The notes under the pieces: model-generated
What the model was told of the DNA's origin: nothing
The model's input: only the letters and a program-made list of their open reading frames with translations
Databases searched by the model: none
NCBI GenBank assembly: GCA_028023455.1
Contig: JAQFVV010000008.1
Location: forward strand, 9,672,001 to 9,736,000
DNA length: 64,000 nucleotides
Direction: 5' to 3'
DNA from: Epiperipatus broadwayi
Taxonomy: Eukaryota > Animalia > Onychophora
Shown: positions 39,481 through 52,570 of the stretch, piece after piece
How the letters are laid out: every line of letters starts with the position of its first letter
Numbering within the stretch: position 1 is the stretch's first letter
Made by a program: the position numbers and the translations under genes

Positions 39481-42400
39481 TGCTAACAACTGGGTAACAA
39501 ATGAGCATGGATGTTTGTGGAGTATTGCAAAGGTCATAACATGATGAATCATATCATGCTTTTTTAATGGTGAGAAGCAATTACTGTTATTTATTCTGTA
39601 TCCTATTCTTTATCATATTATTATTATTTTTTGCCATACATTTATATATTTTTATTATCCTGTTCACAATAACAATCACCATTAGTTATCTGCTAAAAGG
39701 CAAATTCTATAAATCAATCCACTAATTTCATTATTTACTCTAATCATCAAAAATCATAGCTATCATCTACCTTAATGTTTGCTATCAACTTTTTCTACTT
39801 TCTTCTCATTTTCCACAATATATTTTGCAATATATTGTTTCACAAATTTTTTTTAAAACCAATCCATTTCCTTTTCTTAATTTTAATAATCTTTTCTCAT
39901 TTTTATTTTAAACAAAATGATCAAGGTAGAAAGAATACCCTATTTATTCAATTTTCTGCACATTTGATATTAAATAACAGGAATTTTACTAAAATATTCA
40001 TTGTAGTTTTTATGCTAAATAAATCAAAATTACATTTCAATATCTCTATATATAAATTCTTTACAATTGCATGAAAAAGATGCAATAAAGTTTATAATTA
40101 TTATTTTAACACAATGTCAAATGACATAATTATTATTATATTACTGCTATATAAAGATGTGTGTAAATTTTAAGTAAATAAAAATAAAATGATTTATATA
40201 AATATATTTTTGAATAATTTTTGCCCATATTTTTAACTGAATCTTTTTTACAAAAATTGAAATGTTGAATAATTTGTTTTGTTTTTTTTAAAAAAATCCC
40301 CATCAATTAATTTTTATTTAAACCATTTATCTCTTTAAATATACCTTGCTGTCTTCCTGTTCATTTTGCTAAAATTACAAACTATGCATGTGCTTGAAAT
40401 GTCATTTAATTCATTATTTTATAAATTTCACAATGATAATAATTTTCGTGGCATAGAAAATAAGTTTTTATGAATTTTTTTCCCAAATTCCAAATTTTAA
40501 AGATCCCTTTCCCTGATACACATTTTATACTTAATAATGGAAAAATTATGTAATAATTGCTAAGCAATTGATAGTCATGAATTATTATATTTATAGAAGC
40601 TCTGATGAATTATTATTTCAAAATTATTTTCCAGATAATAAAACTGTAACATTATTATTTAAAAAAAAAAAAACTTAAGTCAATTTCTGCTAGTAATTTC
40701 CCACATGTGTGTGTACATATCAATTGCACATTTATGCATGTGTATAATTAATAATATATATATCTGCATTTTTACAATTTAATAACATTTAAGAATAAAT
40801 TCCAGCATGGTCTACTATTTATTTTGTTTAGTTAGGAAAAAATGGGTTAATTTTATATATCAAATGAGAACAGATGGATCCTGACTAAAAAATGAAATAT
40901 ACCTGTATTTTCATTTTTGATTATCAGCAGCATGAATTATTAAATATAAGACTAAATATATATATCACCTTAATTATAATTTTACAGCAGCATGAAATAT
41001 TAGGTATAAGACTAAATATATATCTTAATCATAATTTTATGAGGAACATAATAAAGCTATTATTAAATTATCAATTTTAAAACTTGTCTAAATTTATAGT
41101 TTAGGAATAATTAACAACTTTAAAAATGCTTTGTTTTTTATTTTATTTTCTCAGTTTTAATGCTTAAATATGAATATCACACAAAAAATTAAATCTCTAG
41201 AACTCACTTGTCACCCTCAGTAAGAATGTTGTTAGATAACAAAATTAAATCCAATTTCCTTTATTCTAGACATTCTTTCATATTTATTGCATTGGTCTTC
41301 TTGGTCTTATGACAATCTTTTTATTCTACATTTCAGTCTCTGGAGTTACTTCATTAGAAACAACTAATTAATTTATTAGTTATATTTCCATATGTTTTTT
41401 TTTTAAATTTAAATATGTTAAATATATAAATGTTAGGACATTTATATATTTAACATTACAATTGTATAGAAAAAAGAAAATAATTCCAGTTATAAAATTT
41501 AAATATGCAAATTGTTTTTTTAAATTATACTTTTTATCATTACCTCTTCTTTATTTTAATTGTTACATAACTTATTTAGTATACATATTAGTTTACATAA
41601 TATAAGTTTATAATATATACAATATTAATTTATTAAATATGTATGCATACATATATTCACAATATTCCTCTTAATTGAACACACATCAGATATTAAAAAG
41701 ACAAATAATATATTAAAAATATGCAATCATCATTAGAATGTTTTATTTATTATGCATACAAACCATTAGTGTTTGGATTAATGATTTTTGGATTTTAAAA
41801 AACTAATCATTGAACAAAGTTTAAATTCCTTTTTTCTCTCCCAATTATAGAAAATAACAAGAATACTGGCTTTTAAAATTCTTTTTACCAACGAATTTAT
41901 ATTCTAACATTATAAAAATAGATCCATATAGCATCATTTCCAACAAATGAAAATCATTTAAGTTTGTTATAATGTAATAAAAAATAATTATAGCATATGT
42001 TTCTTTTCGCTCTTACTATCCTGCCAAAACAATACTGAAAATATTTTCTTTACCATTCACAGGAACAAATAGCAAATGAATGGATTTAAATTCATTTTAT
42101 GTGTTAGAAAGTTCTTATTCATTGTGTAAACTATTTCAGCTTTCTTTGATATTCATTAAAGCGCTTTCCTTTATGTTAGCCATCATAAACTTGATCATCA
42201 TACTTCTTTCATCACTGTAGTGGATTTAATTTCATTGTTGAACTCATTCGACTCATTTTTTAAAAAAAACTGAGTTTATTATTTGAAACAAATTCTCCAC
42301 TTATTATTATAATAGGATATAAAAATAACTTCTCATTGTTTATCAAATGAACTAAAAAAATTTTTTTATTATGTAAACCATTACATTTATAAATGTATTA

Positions 42401-43529
42401 AATAATATCCACACGATCACACTTTCTTTTGAAAACATGAATAAAGACAATAAATAATAGAGTACCCCCCCCCCCCATATGCACCTCATGCTGAACTCAC
42501 ATTTATCAATCGGACCATGTCACCATCTCATATACATCTTTACATGTATACAGTATTTATCAATAATAAATTATTAAATTTTGATTTATAAATGTCAAAC
42601 TTACCCCACTTACAATTTTCACACAAACCACTCTAGATAAATACAGTAATGATTATTACAATCATTTATTAAACTAGATATTATCCCTAGCCCATATATA
42701 AACTTCAAATTCAGTTACAGATTAATATATCTGATTTTTTAATTAAACATCCACACACACAGTTATTCATATTTCTCTTTTCCCCATATATAATATCTTT
42801 TACAAATGTATTAAATAACTTTCATACTACCACACTTTCTTTTGAAAACATAATCCCCAAGATGCACTTTGTGTTGAATCAGCACTCAGACCAGGTTACC
42901 ATTTTAATAATAATTAATAATACATAAATATATATCAAGAGAAATTTGATGGCCACATTGTTGCAAACATCATTTAATGAAATGAATAGATGGGCAACTT
43001 CGAAACACCAATTAACTCTTTTTCAATGAGATGCATTTTGATAACAATTTAAATTATATCATACAAATAAATACTTATGAATCTGACAATATTTCCATTA
43101 TTGTTTTTTTAATACATACAATTAATATTATCACTAATTATTTATATGTATGATTGCACCACATATGTATATATTAATTTCTTTGCTTAACACAGGTTGG
43201 AAAACAAGGCAATAAAAATTATATGTGAGTTATAAAACTTGATCATTTAACATATAGCTTGGTATTAAAGATTTTTTTTTTCTCCTGCTTCTGGATGTTT
43301 TTGAAAAAAATATTTCTCAAATTTTAGAATTATTTTCAATAATACTACTTAAATTACTTTTGGCAACAAATTTGAGAACAATAATGAAAGTTCATAGAAA
43401 AAAAAAGTACACAATCTGTTAAAAGTCAATAGCAATAGTTAAAATTTATCTTCACTATACCCAGAAGATAATTCTCCAACTATATCTTTTGCTATCTTTA
43501 TTATCTCATTGAATCCAAATATTATTTAT

Positions 43530-43594
43530 GGCACTGTTCTATTAACTACTGTACATTGCTTGATGGCACTGTTTATGTTCAAAAACACAGTACC
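43530..43594. repeat. Extra copy of the Merlin left end forming a 65-bp mini-element
   Basis: GGCACTGTTCTATTAACTACTGTAC.. repeats with 66-bp period at 43596 and ends in ACAGTACC, the reverse complement of the TIR tip. Confidence 0.7.
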
Positions 43595-43595
43595 T

Positions 43596-45312
43596 GGTAC
43601 TGTTTTATTAGCCACTGTACCTTGGTTGATGGTATTGTTTATGTTCAAACATATTAATATAACTTTTCTGTGCCGGCCGTTTTCTTTCAAATTTATGTTA
43701 TTCTTATAATACTAAATTAAACGTATAATCAAAAGTAAAAAACAAAACAAAAAGCAACATTTTTTTCTTTTCATTTCCAAATTTACGTTATTCTTCTAAA
43801 ATTAAATTAAGCATTTAAACAAACATAACCAAAACACTTCATTCAAAAAGGAATCAGCCGACTTTGTTTTTAAATCTGTAATATAAGTGGGAAAAAAGAC
43901 TTCAGATTGATTGTGTTTCAAAGAAAGCAAAACAACAACAAGCATTGATTCCAACAAGAACTTTATTTCAAAAAACAACTTCTCAGTTGTAAGTTGAACC
44001 AATAACACTGCATGAAAATAACACAAAATGTCTTTGGAAACTACCGGTTGTGTACATCCATCTCAGCTAGTATGGTCGTGAACAGGTCCTCACCTTTGTA
44101 AAGGTGCCACCACATAAATTCTGCAAGGTAGTTGTTCAGGGATTTGCATGATGTGCCTTGCTTTTTTTTCCTTAAATTTCAGTAGACCCCACAACTGCTC
44201 AATGGTCTGGGTATGGGCACCTGTGCTGATGTCCAGGAAGTTATAGTGGTGTTTCACAGTCATGTGGCTGAACTGTGCTGTCTTGAGATCTGCAATTTGG
44301 GTAGATTGTGGATCCGGTCGTGATGTTCTCCTGGATGACGTGGAGCAGGGTTGCCACGGACAGGCAAGAGACGGCGGCTGTAAAACATTCGCCTGTCTCC
44401 CACCACAAACCTCCAAACAGCCATTGCCGTGACAGAATCCTGCCGTGGAGGCTCTTGCGAGAGCTGAATAAGGTTTCATCACCGACGATGGATCCAAGCC
44501 CGCCAATTTGACAGCAGGGGCAGGATATCAGGCTCTCATGGCACAGCTCCCTCAAACTGGTGGTCCATTCGACAACGCCACCTCTGAACAGTTCCAAATC
44601 ACCCAGGGAAAGTTTGATGGTCAACTCGTCAAGGCTCCAGGGAGACGCAACATTTTGAGGAAGCACAGCCTCGAACCCTCAAACCACGTCTCCTTCTGAA
44701 TCGAGATGGTTTTTTGGCAGTTGCGTGAGTGGCATACAAGCTGCCATCTTTCCCTACAAATAGTCATATTTTTGCCACACACACATTACTTGGCATATGG
44801 CAGAATGTTATGTGCCTGCAGAAAGGCAACAGCGTCAGCTTCCATGTTAGGTAAATCCCACATTTTAAAGTGCTCGCTGTTGCCTTCAACCATGTTATTT
44901 ATCTCGTCGAGAATGTGAAATTTCACATGAATCTGCCCAATCGTGCTCTGCAAAAGCCTTACCAAATTTCTACCAGCTTCCAAGATGCGCAGGGAATCAC
45001 AGGGTGATAATTATAACTATGCAATACTACTATAGTTGGTGTGTGACACAATGATTTTGGAAACAGATTTCAAGAGTTCTGTGAAATTGAACAGTCACTC
45101 TCATATCAAACTGTCATTACTGAACATACGCATAAAGCATGGAGTATGATTTCTGTGCATTTGCATAGAGAATGCTACCACATGACCCAAAACGGTTATT
45201 ATAAACGTAGTGTTGTAGCAGCCATAGGTTCAGCCTCGTAAACAGCATACTTCTGTATTTTTGCACAGAAAGAGTGCCGTCAACGATGTATGGTGGCTAA
45301 TAGAATAGTACC
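43596..45312 (-). mobile_element. Merlin (IS1595/ISXO2-like) DNA transposon, decayed
   Basis: About 40-bp TIRs starting GGTACT (43596.. and ..TAGAATAGTACC 45312); internal transposase remnant; GC much higher than the flanks. Confidence 0.88.
44090..44983 (-). pseudogene. Merlin / DDE_Tnp_IS1595-like transposase pseudogene
   Basis: WDLP..EADAVAFLQAHNILP; IGGLGSIVGDETLFSSRKSLHGRILSRQWLFGG..RETGECF..ATLLHVIQENI..GSTIY; HMTVKHHYNFLDISTGAHTQTIEQLWG; split over several frames. Confidence 0.9.
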
Positions 45313-45389
45313 ACTCCCTTCAGCTATCTGCTCTATCTCATACAATCGATACACATGACCACACACAAATGAAAAATATTAATTATCAG

Positions 45390-45430
45390 CAATATATGTA
45401 TTTCATGCTGAACCAGCACTCATCAGTTGG
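45390..45430 (-). ncRNA. Type-I hammerhead ribozyme, canonical core (best-preserved copy)
   Basis: Minus strand (C)CAA CTGATGA GTGCTG GTT CAGCAT GAA ATACATAT A TTG; 6-bp helix II, near-palindromic helix III, AUA triplet. Confidence 0.8.
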
Positions 45431-46265
45431 TCCAGATCATCAGCTCCAACACATATGTAATCAATATCAGAAGGATAAAATAAGACAGACAGCTGAAGGG
45501 AGCTTGAAAGTCTTTGTTCAAATCCCTTATATATTACATCTAAAACTCAAACTACTTAAATTGTATTTGTAATCAATGAAATATTACAGCTTTAGCCTGT
45601 AACCTGCCCATTCCTCTTCTGTGTATTGGGTAAGGCCCTATACATGAGGGTCAGATTGATTTGAAGTCACCATGAACATGATAATAATGCTGGCATCAAC
45701 AAGAGATTTGGGCATTCCATCATCAGATTTTCAATGACTTAAGAATGGAGTAGATTGAAGCCTACCCATTAAAATTTGAAGCTTTGCTATCTTAATATAA
45801 ACTGAGCACTGCGAGAGCTGGTTTAGCATGAAATACATATAGTTGAGATCATTTACCATTTTCATTTGTGTGGGTTGTACGACATAGAGCAGATAGGTGA
45901 AAGAAGCTTGAAAGTCTGTGTTCAATCACTTATATATTACATCTAAAACTAAAGTATATAAATTCTACTTGTATTCAATGAAATATTATAGATTCAGCCT
46001 GTATCCTGTCCATCCTTCTTCTGTGTATTTAAATAAATAAGATCTTATACATGAAGGATCAGACTAACTTAAAGGTCAACATGGGCATGACAAATAATAT
46101 TGGCATCAACAAGGGATTTGGGCATCCCAGTATCAGATTTTCAATGATATAGATGGCTGAAGAGTGGAGTAGACTGAAGCCTATCCATTAAAAGTTGAGA
46201 TATGCTATCTTAATATAAAATAAGCACTGATTATATATACATGTGTATGTCGGAGATGATTTGAA

Positions 46266-46315
46266 CCAACTGAAGAGCACTGGATCAGTATGAAATATAT
46301 ATATATATCTATTGG
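46266..46315 (+). ncRNA. Type-I hammerhead ribozyme motif with (AT)n-expanded helix III
   Basis: CCAA CTGAAGA GCACTG GAT CAGTAT GAA A(TA)n TCT A TTGG; helix I extends as ATGATTT/AGATCAT across a 3-nt bulge. Confidence 0.7.
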
Positions 46316-49300
46316 AGATCATTTATCTTTTTCAAGTGTGTGTGATTATGTGTATCGATTCTAAGAGATAGAGCAGATAGCTGAAGGGAGCTTAAAAGTC
46401 TGTCTTCAAATCTCTTATATATTATATCTTTATTATCATATCAAGAATTAACAGCTGCTCATAAATAAACATAGTCATTTCAATTTTGAAGACTAAAAAA
46501 AACAACAATAAAAATAATTAAATTTGACTTTTGCAGTCTATACAAACTTAATAGTGAACCATACATCATTCCATGTGTATCAAGTGCATATTTCTTTAAA
46601 TTTGTTTTACATTCTGAGATACTCTATTTTAATTTCTCCATAAATTTTTTTTTGAAAGACCTGATTACCTTGTCATTAGCTGTTACCCATTTATTATAAA
46701 TTGTTATATCTATTCAATAAAACTAGTTAAGATACTTGTTTAGTATTTCTAAGATAATCTGTATTTTGTAAATGAAGTCTATCATTATATATTCATATTC
46801 CCAACCAACAAAAATTTACTCTTACATTCTTTCTATCTTATTTTCACATTCTTATGAAGCATCCTCAAATGAACTAGTCTTTGAAATGTCAATAGGCATT
46901 CCATAATCTGAAATAAATATAGCACAATAACATGGCCTGATATACAAATAATTAAGACAAAGTAATTGTACCACAATGATAAAATAATATTGGAGCAACT
47001 TTCCATTCATGCCATTTAGCATAAGCTTGAGTAATTAGCAATTACCAGATGCATATAAAATCCCTATCAGTAAAATCCTCATCAGATTGTTTCATAGTTG
47101 TAGCTTTAACAATGAGGATTGGTATTCAAAATTAAAAGGAAACAAGATATGCATACAACAGCCACTTTTAATTTCATTTTACCATCAATCTAAAAACTTG
47201 AAATTCAAATCAGCTTTAAGTTTTGGACCCAAGTCACTCTACTTGGACAATTATATAGATCTGAAATCAGTCTAACTATAAATTTTAACAGTTTCACTTT
47301 TTCAATAATTATATTCCATGGACTATGTTAATAATAATAAGTTACCAATATGGAAAAACAAAACTCATTATTATTGACATTCTTAGCTGGAGAATACAGT
47401 ACTTACAGTTAATGAAAGAAATGATGGTACTAAAATACAGTTATTAAACTAGTTTAAGGTTCTAAATAATTATTCAAGCAGGTTAACTTGTGTTCAAAAC
47501 TTTGGCTGCTTTAAATTTCAAGTTTTTAATTTGACAGTTAAAATTTAATTAAAGGTCGTTTCTGGATGCATATGTGCATTGTTCTAATTTTGAACACAGA
47601 TTACATTGGTAAAGACAAAGGTCATTAATTAGTCTACAGGTGAATATTTAAATACTAAAGATAAAAATTTTATATGCATCTGGTAATTATTACTAACTCA
47701 AGCATATTGTTATTGTATTTATCATATTAATTTAATATGGTAATTTTGTGATTTTTTATTAATGATAGAATATATTTTCACTTGCTTAATGCAGCAAAAA
47801 TATATTTACTTATTCTGATTCACATATTCATTTCCTAAACTAAAAAAATTGGGGAAGATTTTTTTTCCCCATCAGTCTAATAAAGCACTTCGTTTTATTT
47901 TTGAACATACATTTCTAAAACAAATTTTCTTTATAAATTACATTTAAAATATTAAACACTTGTAGATTACACTTTGAATTGGGAAGAATAGCACAATCAT
48001 CAGCAGATCAAGAAGTAGTTTGTTTTTGCTTTTAATCAGTCCAATTTAAAAATTTCACTGTTAGACCTAATGCCGATCTGATGAAGTTAATCTGAAGCTA
48101 GTACACATCCCTGCCTAAGATCAAACTTCAATTAGAATGCTTTAGATTTTACACCAATAGTAATGTGATAACATCAAGATTAAAGCTGTTTATATGCATA
48201 ACTTTGGGAGACAAGTAGTTAATTTAAAACAATGTCATAAAAGTTTTTTGATTAACTGAGTCAAAGCCTGAATTAATTTGATAAAAACAATATATAAATC
48301 AGTTTTGCTTATGATACTTTTTTAGTATTTGCCTGACAAACAAAACCATATTTAAATTGTTTCTTGATTCACACATATATACAAAAAAAAAAAAATAGAA
48401 TCTTTGAAATGACCCATCCTGACTGGAAGCAGGAAATAAGTTTAGCTGTAGTGAATAATGATATTTTATCTTAAGTACTGCACTATTTTCTATTTCCTTT
48501 AAATTAGAATAGAAGCATCCTTGAAATCATTTGACAATTTTTCCAAATATTTTACCAGGATCTACAGCCTTTCTATTTTAAAAATTACCAAAAAATGTTA
48601 TAGTTTAATCAAAATAAATATCTATATAAATCTAAATTAGTCAATAGGATAAATATATTATTAAAAACAATCATCTGAATCATTATTCAAAAAGTGATCA
48701 AAATATTCCTTCCATTCTATTCAAAATATCATTCAATGAATAGGGTTATGGTGTAGCTTTTCAAATTTATGTGTTACTTTCAATAATCAAAAATAAATCA
48801 ATAAACAAAGTGACTACAATCAAAAAATTGATAAAGTTCCTTTTTGAGGTCTAATCCTCTTCATTTTAAATATTCTTGTGAATTGAATTTCTACTTTTAA
48901 ATCTTATATTGCATATACAGTTCTGTATTCATTTCATTATTCTGGCAACACAAAATAGTTTTTTTTTTTTTTAAAATCAAAGAAAGAGGGATAATTATTT
49001 GTAATATTTTATATAATTATACATTTTACAAATAATAGTATCATAAGACTAAAATCTCTGAATTTTGATAAGTTTATTCCTTAATATATTCAGCATTGTA
49101 AACTCCATAATATAAAAATTGTCCCATCTAAAAGAAATGATGTAAATGAAGCAAAACTAATCACATTGCTGATAGAAATGTCATTTACAATTTTACTGAC
49201 TACTAAAAAAATTGCACAATTAAAATCCTTTACAATATTTTATGTAATCAAAAAAAGATGCACAAATTACATTGTTGAAGATCCATAATATAAAAAGAGA

Positions 49301-51949
49301 AATGGCACTAATGAAAGAATTTTTATTCTAATCATCAGTAAAAATTTAAACAATTATATTTATAGTTTTTAAATATTTATTAGACAAAATAAAAAAGGGG
49401 CCTTTCAAATTTTTATGGTTCCCAGATTTTATTTATTTTAACACGAGTTATGATTTTTTACACCATCTTTTTACAAATTTAATCTTAAAAATTCACATGT
49501 ATAAAAATCATCACTATAAATAAATTATTGTATTCAATTTTTAAAAATTTAATAAGTCAATAATTAAATACACTTAATAAACATGAGCTTTAGGCTTCTA
49601 TTTTTTGTTAGTCAGATTACTTTCATTAATTTAATTCATAATTTTCATTTTTTCCTAGAAAACAGCAACTGAAAATTTTAATCACTGATTTTTTTAAAAA
49701 CATTTTTGCTAAGTACTACACAGTTTATGTAAATATTATTAAAAAGCTAATAAAAATCTTACTGCAAGGAGAAAAAAAAAAATTAATTGCTAAACTTTAC
49801 AGAACCTTATCTGAAATCAAGTTTAGAAGAGAGGAGGGAATCAGCACTTTTTTTTTTTAACTAGTGCACTAACATGCTGTACCAATACAAATATCTATAT
49901 CCAAGACAATGTAGACATTAGACTACTGCCCTGCACCAATAATATTAATAATAATAATAATCCCATGGCTGCTTGCTAGAGATCATGTGACATGCAAGAA
50001 TTTAAGTAGAAGATTAAACAAAATGGTTATTCACCTGACCAAGCTGAGTTTTATATTTTATTTTAATCTGGAATCTTTAGCTCTCAAATCTGCCATTTTA
50101 TCAACACTAAAACCTCACAAGACATTATTTACTATTTAAAAAATAAGGGGAGAGAAAACAACAATGTTTAATGTATAGAACATCTTATATTACAGCTACC
50201 CAATAGATATTAAAATTAATTACGTACAAATTTCCAGTAATATGATTGCTTTAAAAATGGGAGATTTATAACTAGGTGATAGAGAATGCTGTGTCCTCTT
50301 AATTCAGAAAATGGCTGCAAAACCAAGATATTGGATTAATTGTATTGCAGCTATATTTTAAACAGATTCAGATATTATAAGCTGTTATAAATTGTATAAA
50401 AATTAGATAAGTGGAACATGACTACTACTAATAAATAAATATTTTGTTATTGCAGGCTTACTGCAAATAATTTTCATGAGTAAACTTTTCATAATATATA
50501 ATTTGGTTTTAATCAGCAAATATTTAATTTTTAGATCAATTAACAAATGCCTGTGCAGTTTAGTGAAGTCGCAAAGCGGTGGAGCTTAAGGTTCATTGAT
50601 TGCAGCTCTAGTATGTTATTTCTAGTGCCCAAACTTCCTTTGAACTCCCAAACAATAAACTATTTGATTCTTTAATATTATTAATGAGAAAGCAAATTAA
50701 TTTTAAACATTATATTAATTAGCTTATCAAACATATGCTAAAACTTCCTATTCAAATTTGTACTTCAAACAATGGACAAGAAAGTATTCAAATCTTAAGC
50801 TAACAAGTCAAAAACAAATGTTCTTTATTATTCAAATGTAAGAAAATTCAAAAGAAAGTGAAATTAAGTTTATTAAAAATGTGGTGAATTGTAAAATGAA
50901 AAACAATTTTTACTCAAAAATCAAAATAACTAAAATGTTTATTCTCAGTTTTCAAGAAAGTAATATTTTAAAGTAAAATAAAATATCAAACAAAATATGC
51001 AAACTAAAACCTATTATAATGTAAATACAAATAAGGGGGGAGGGGGATCATTTGAAAATGCTTATAATATCTACAAACTTTTTTATGATTTCATAACAGA
51101 AAGTCTGAATTTTAAGCACAATAAACTAAATACAAGTTATAGTTTTTTGTGTTTATGTTTAAAGACAAGATTAGCTAAAAGGACAAAAAAACATAAATTT
51201 TATTTATTATCACTGTCCTTAACAATAGCACACATCTTTTTGTCTTTCAAATATATATGACTTATAAAATATAATGTTCTTTTCCACTAAATCCAATCAA
51301 AAAATATACACCCTTTTTTCTTTCCAAAAATTTTATTTTTTTCATCACCATGTATATATATTTACTTGTTTAAACATCCAATGTTTTGACCACTTTATTT
51401 GTGGTCATTTTCAAGGATCTACAAAATACATATTTTATAATTATCAATAGAATTAAAAATAAAATATAAAAATGCATCTATCCTTATAAAAAAACAATAT
51501 TTTCCTTTCATTTATTAATACACCTTTTTTACATTTACTGCATTATATATACACAGCACTTACTTCTTTACTCCCCAAACTTTTTTATTTTTTACCAACA
51601 CATCTCTTTTCTAAAAAAAAACCTCAAATGTTTTTTCCTTTCCTTTTTATATCTCCTAAATAATTACTTTTATCTTAATTAAAATATATCATTTACACAA
51701 TTTATTCTATTCAGAACAGGTTTATTCCTTTTTATATATAAACTCTCCTTTATCATTCTCTCTCTATATAATCTTATCTTTTCAACATTGTTATCTTAAA
51801 ATCTATGTCTTCTTGAAACAACATTTAAGTGATAAAAATTCAAATGTTAACATAGTAAGAAATTTGGACATATACATTTTAAGATAAGAATGTTGGAAAA
51901 AGTAAATTATATAGGGAGAATGGTAAAGGAGAGTTTATATATATATAAA

Positions 51950-52275
51950 TTAGTAATAATTGAAAGGTTGCTAGTCTTCCACATGCGTCTACAGTTGTTT
52001 CTCAGACAGTCAATCAGATTTTTAAACAGCTGTCTTAAGAATGATCAGGCTTTGACACATGACAGAGATTTTGATAAGAAAAGGATATCAACCTTCTCTC
52101 TACTTAACTTTTATATATATAAGCCAGTCTTAAGCATCTTGGCCTGAAAGCTTGAAGATATAAACAGATTCATTTATTACTCACTGAGTTTTTAAAAATC
52201 TGATTGGCTGTCTGAGAAACAACTGCAGGCGCATGTGAAAGACTAGAAACCTTTCAATTATTACTAATTTAATAA
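51950..52275. mobile_element. Palindromic MITE-like element
   Basis: About 80-bp arms: AATTAGTAATAATTGAAAGGTT..CAGTTGTTTCTCAGACAG(T/C)CAATCAGATTTTTAAA and its reverse complement at ~52180-52270. Confidence 0.7.
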
Positions 52276-52570
52276 CATGCGATTTAGACAAATGTTATTT
52301 ACATATAAAAAAATAAGCATTATAAATAAATGCGTAAAACTTCTTATTTCCAAATATTAACTAATGAACATATATATAAATTCACATATTAAACATTTCA
52401 AACATTTCAACTGTTTTTTTATAACATTGCAGTCATTTTCAAGGATCTACAACAAAAAAATACATATCTTTACATAATACTCTAATACAAAATCTCATAT
52501 TAACATTAACACATCAAATTCATTATTTATACATAAATATATGAATTTATATATATATTCATTAGTTACT

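Larger units (their letters stand above)
45314..46430 (+). mobile_element. HHR-bearing tandem repeat with a 5'-inverted segment (retrozyme-like / PLE-mobilised non-autonomous element)
   Basis: Inverted partial copy ~45314-45462, then direct units ~45487-45890 (~405 bp, internal deletion), ~45891-46374 (~485 bp) and a partial third to ~46430. Units start with (A)GCTGAAGGGAGCTTGAAAGTC-like sequence; no ORF. Confidence 0.85.
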
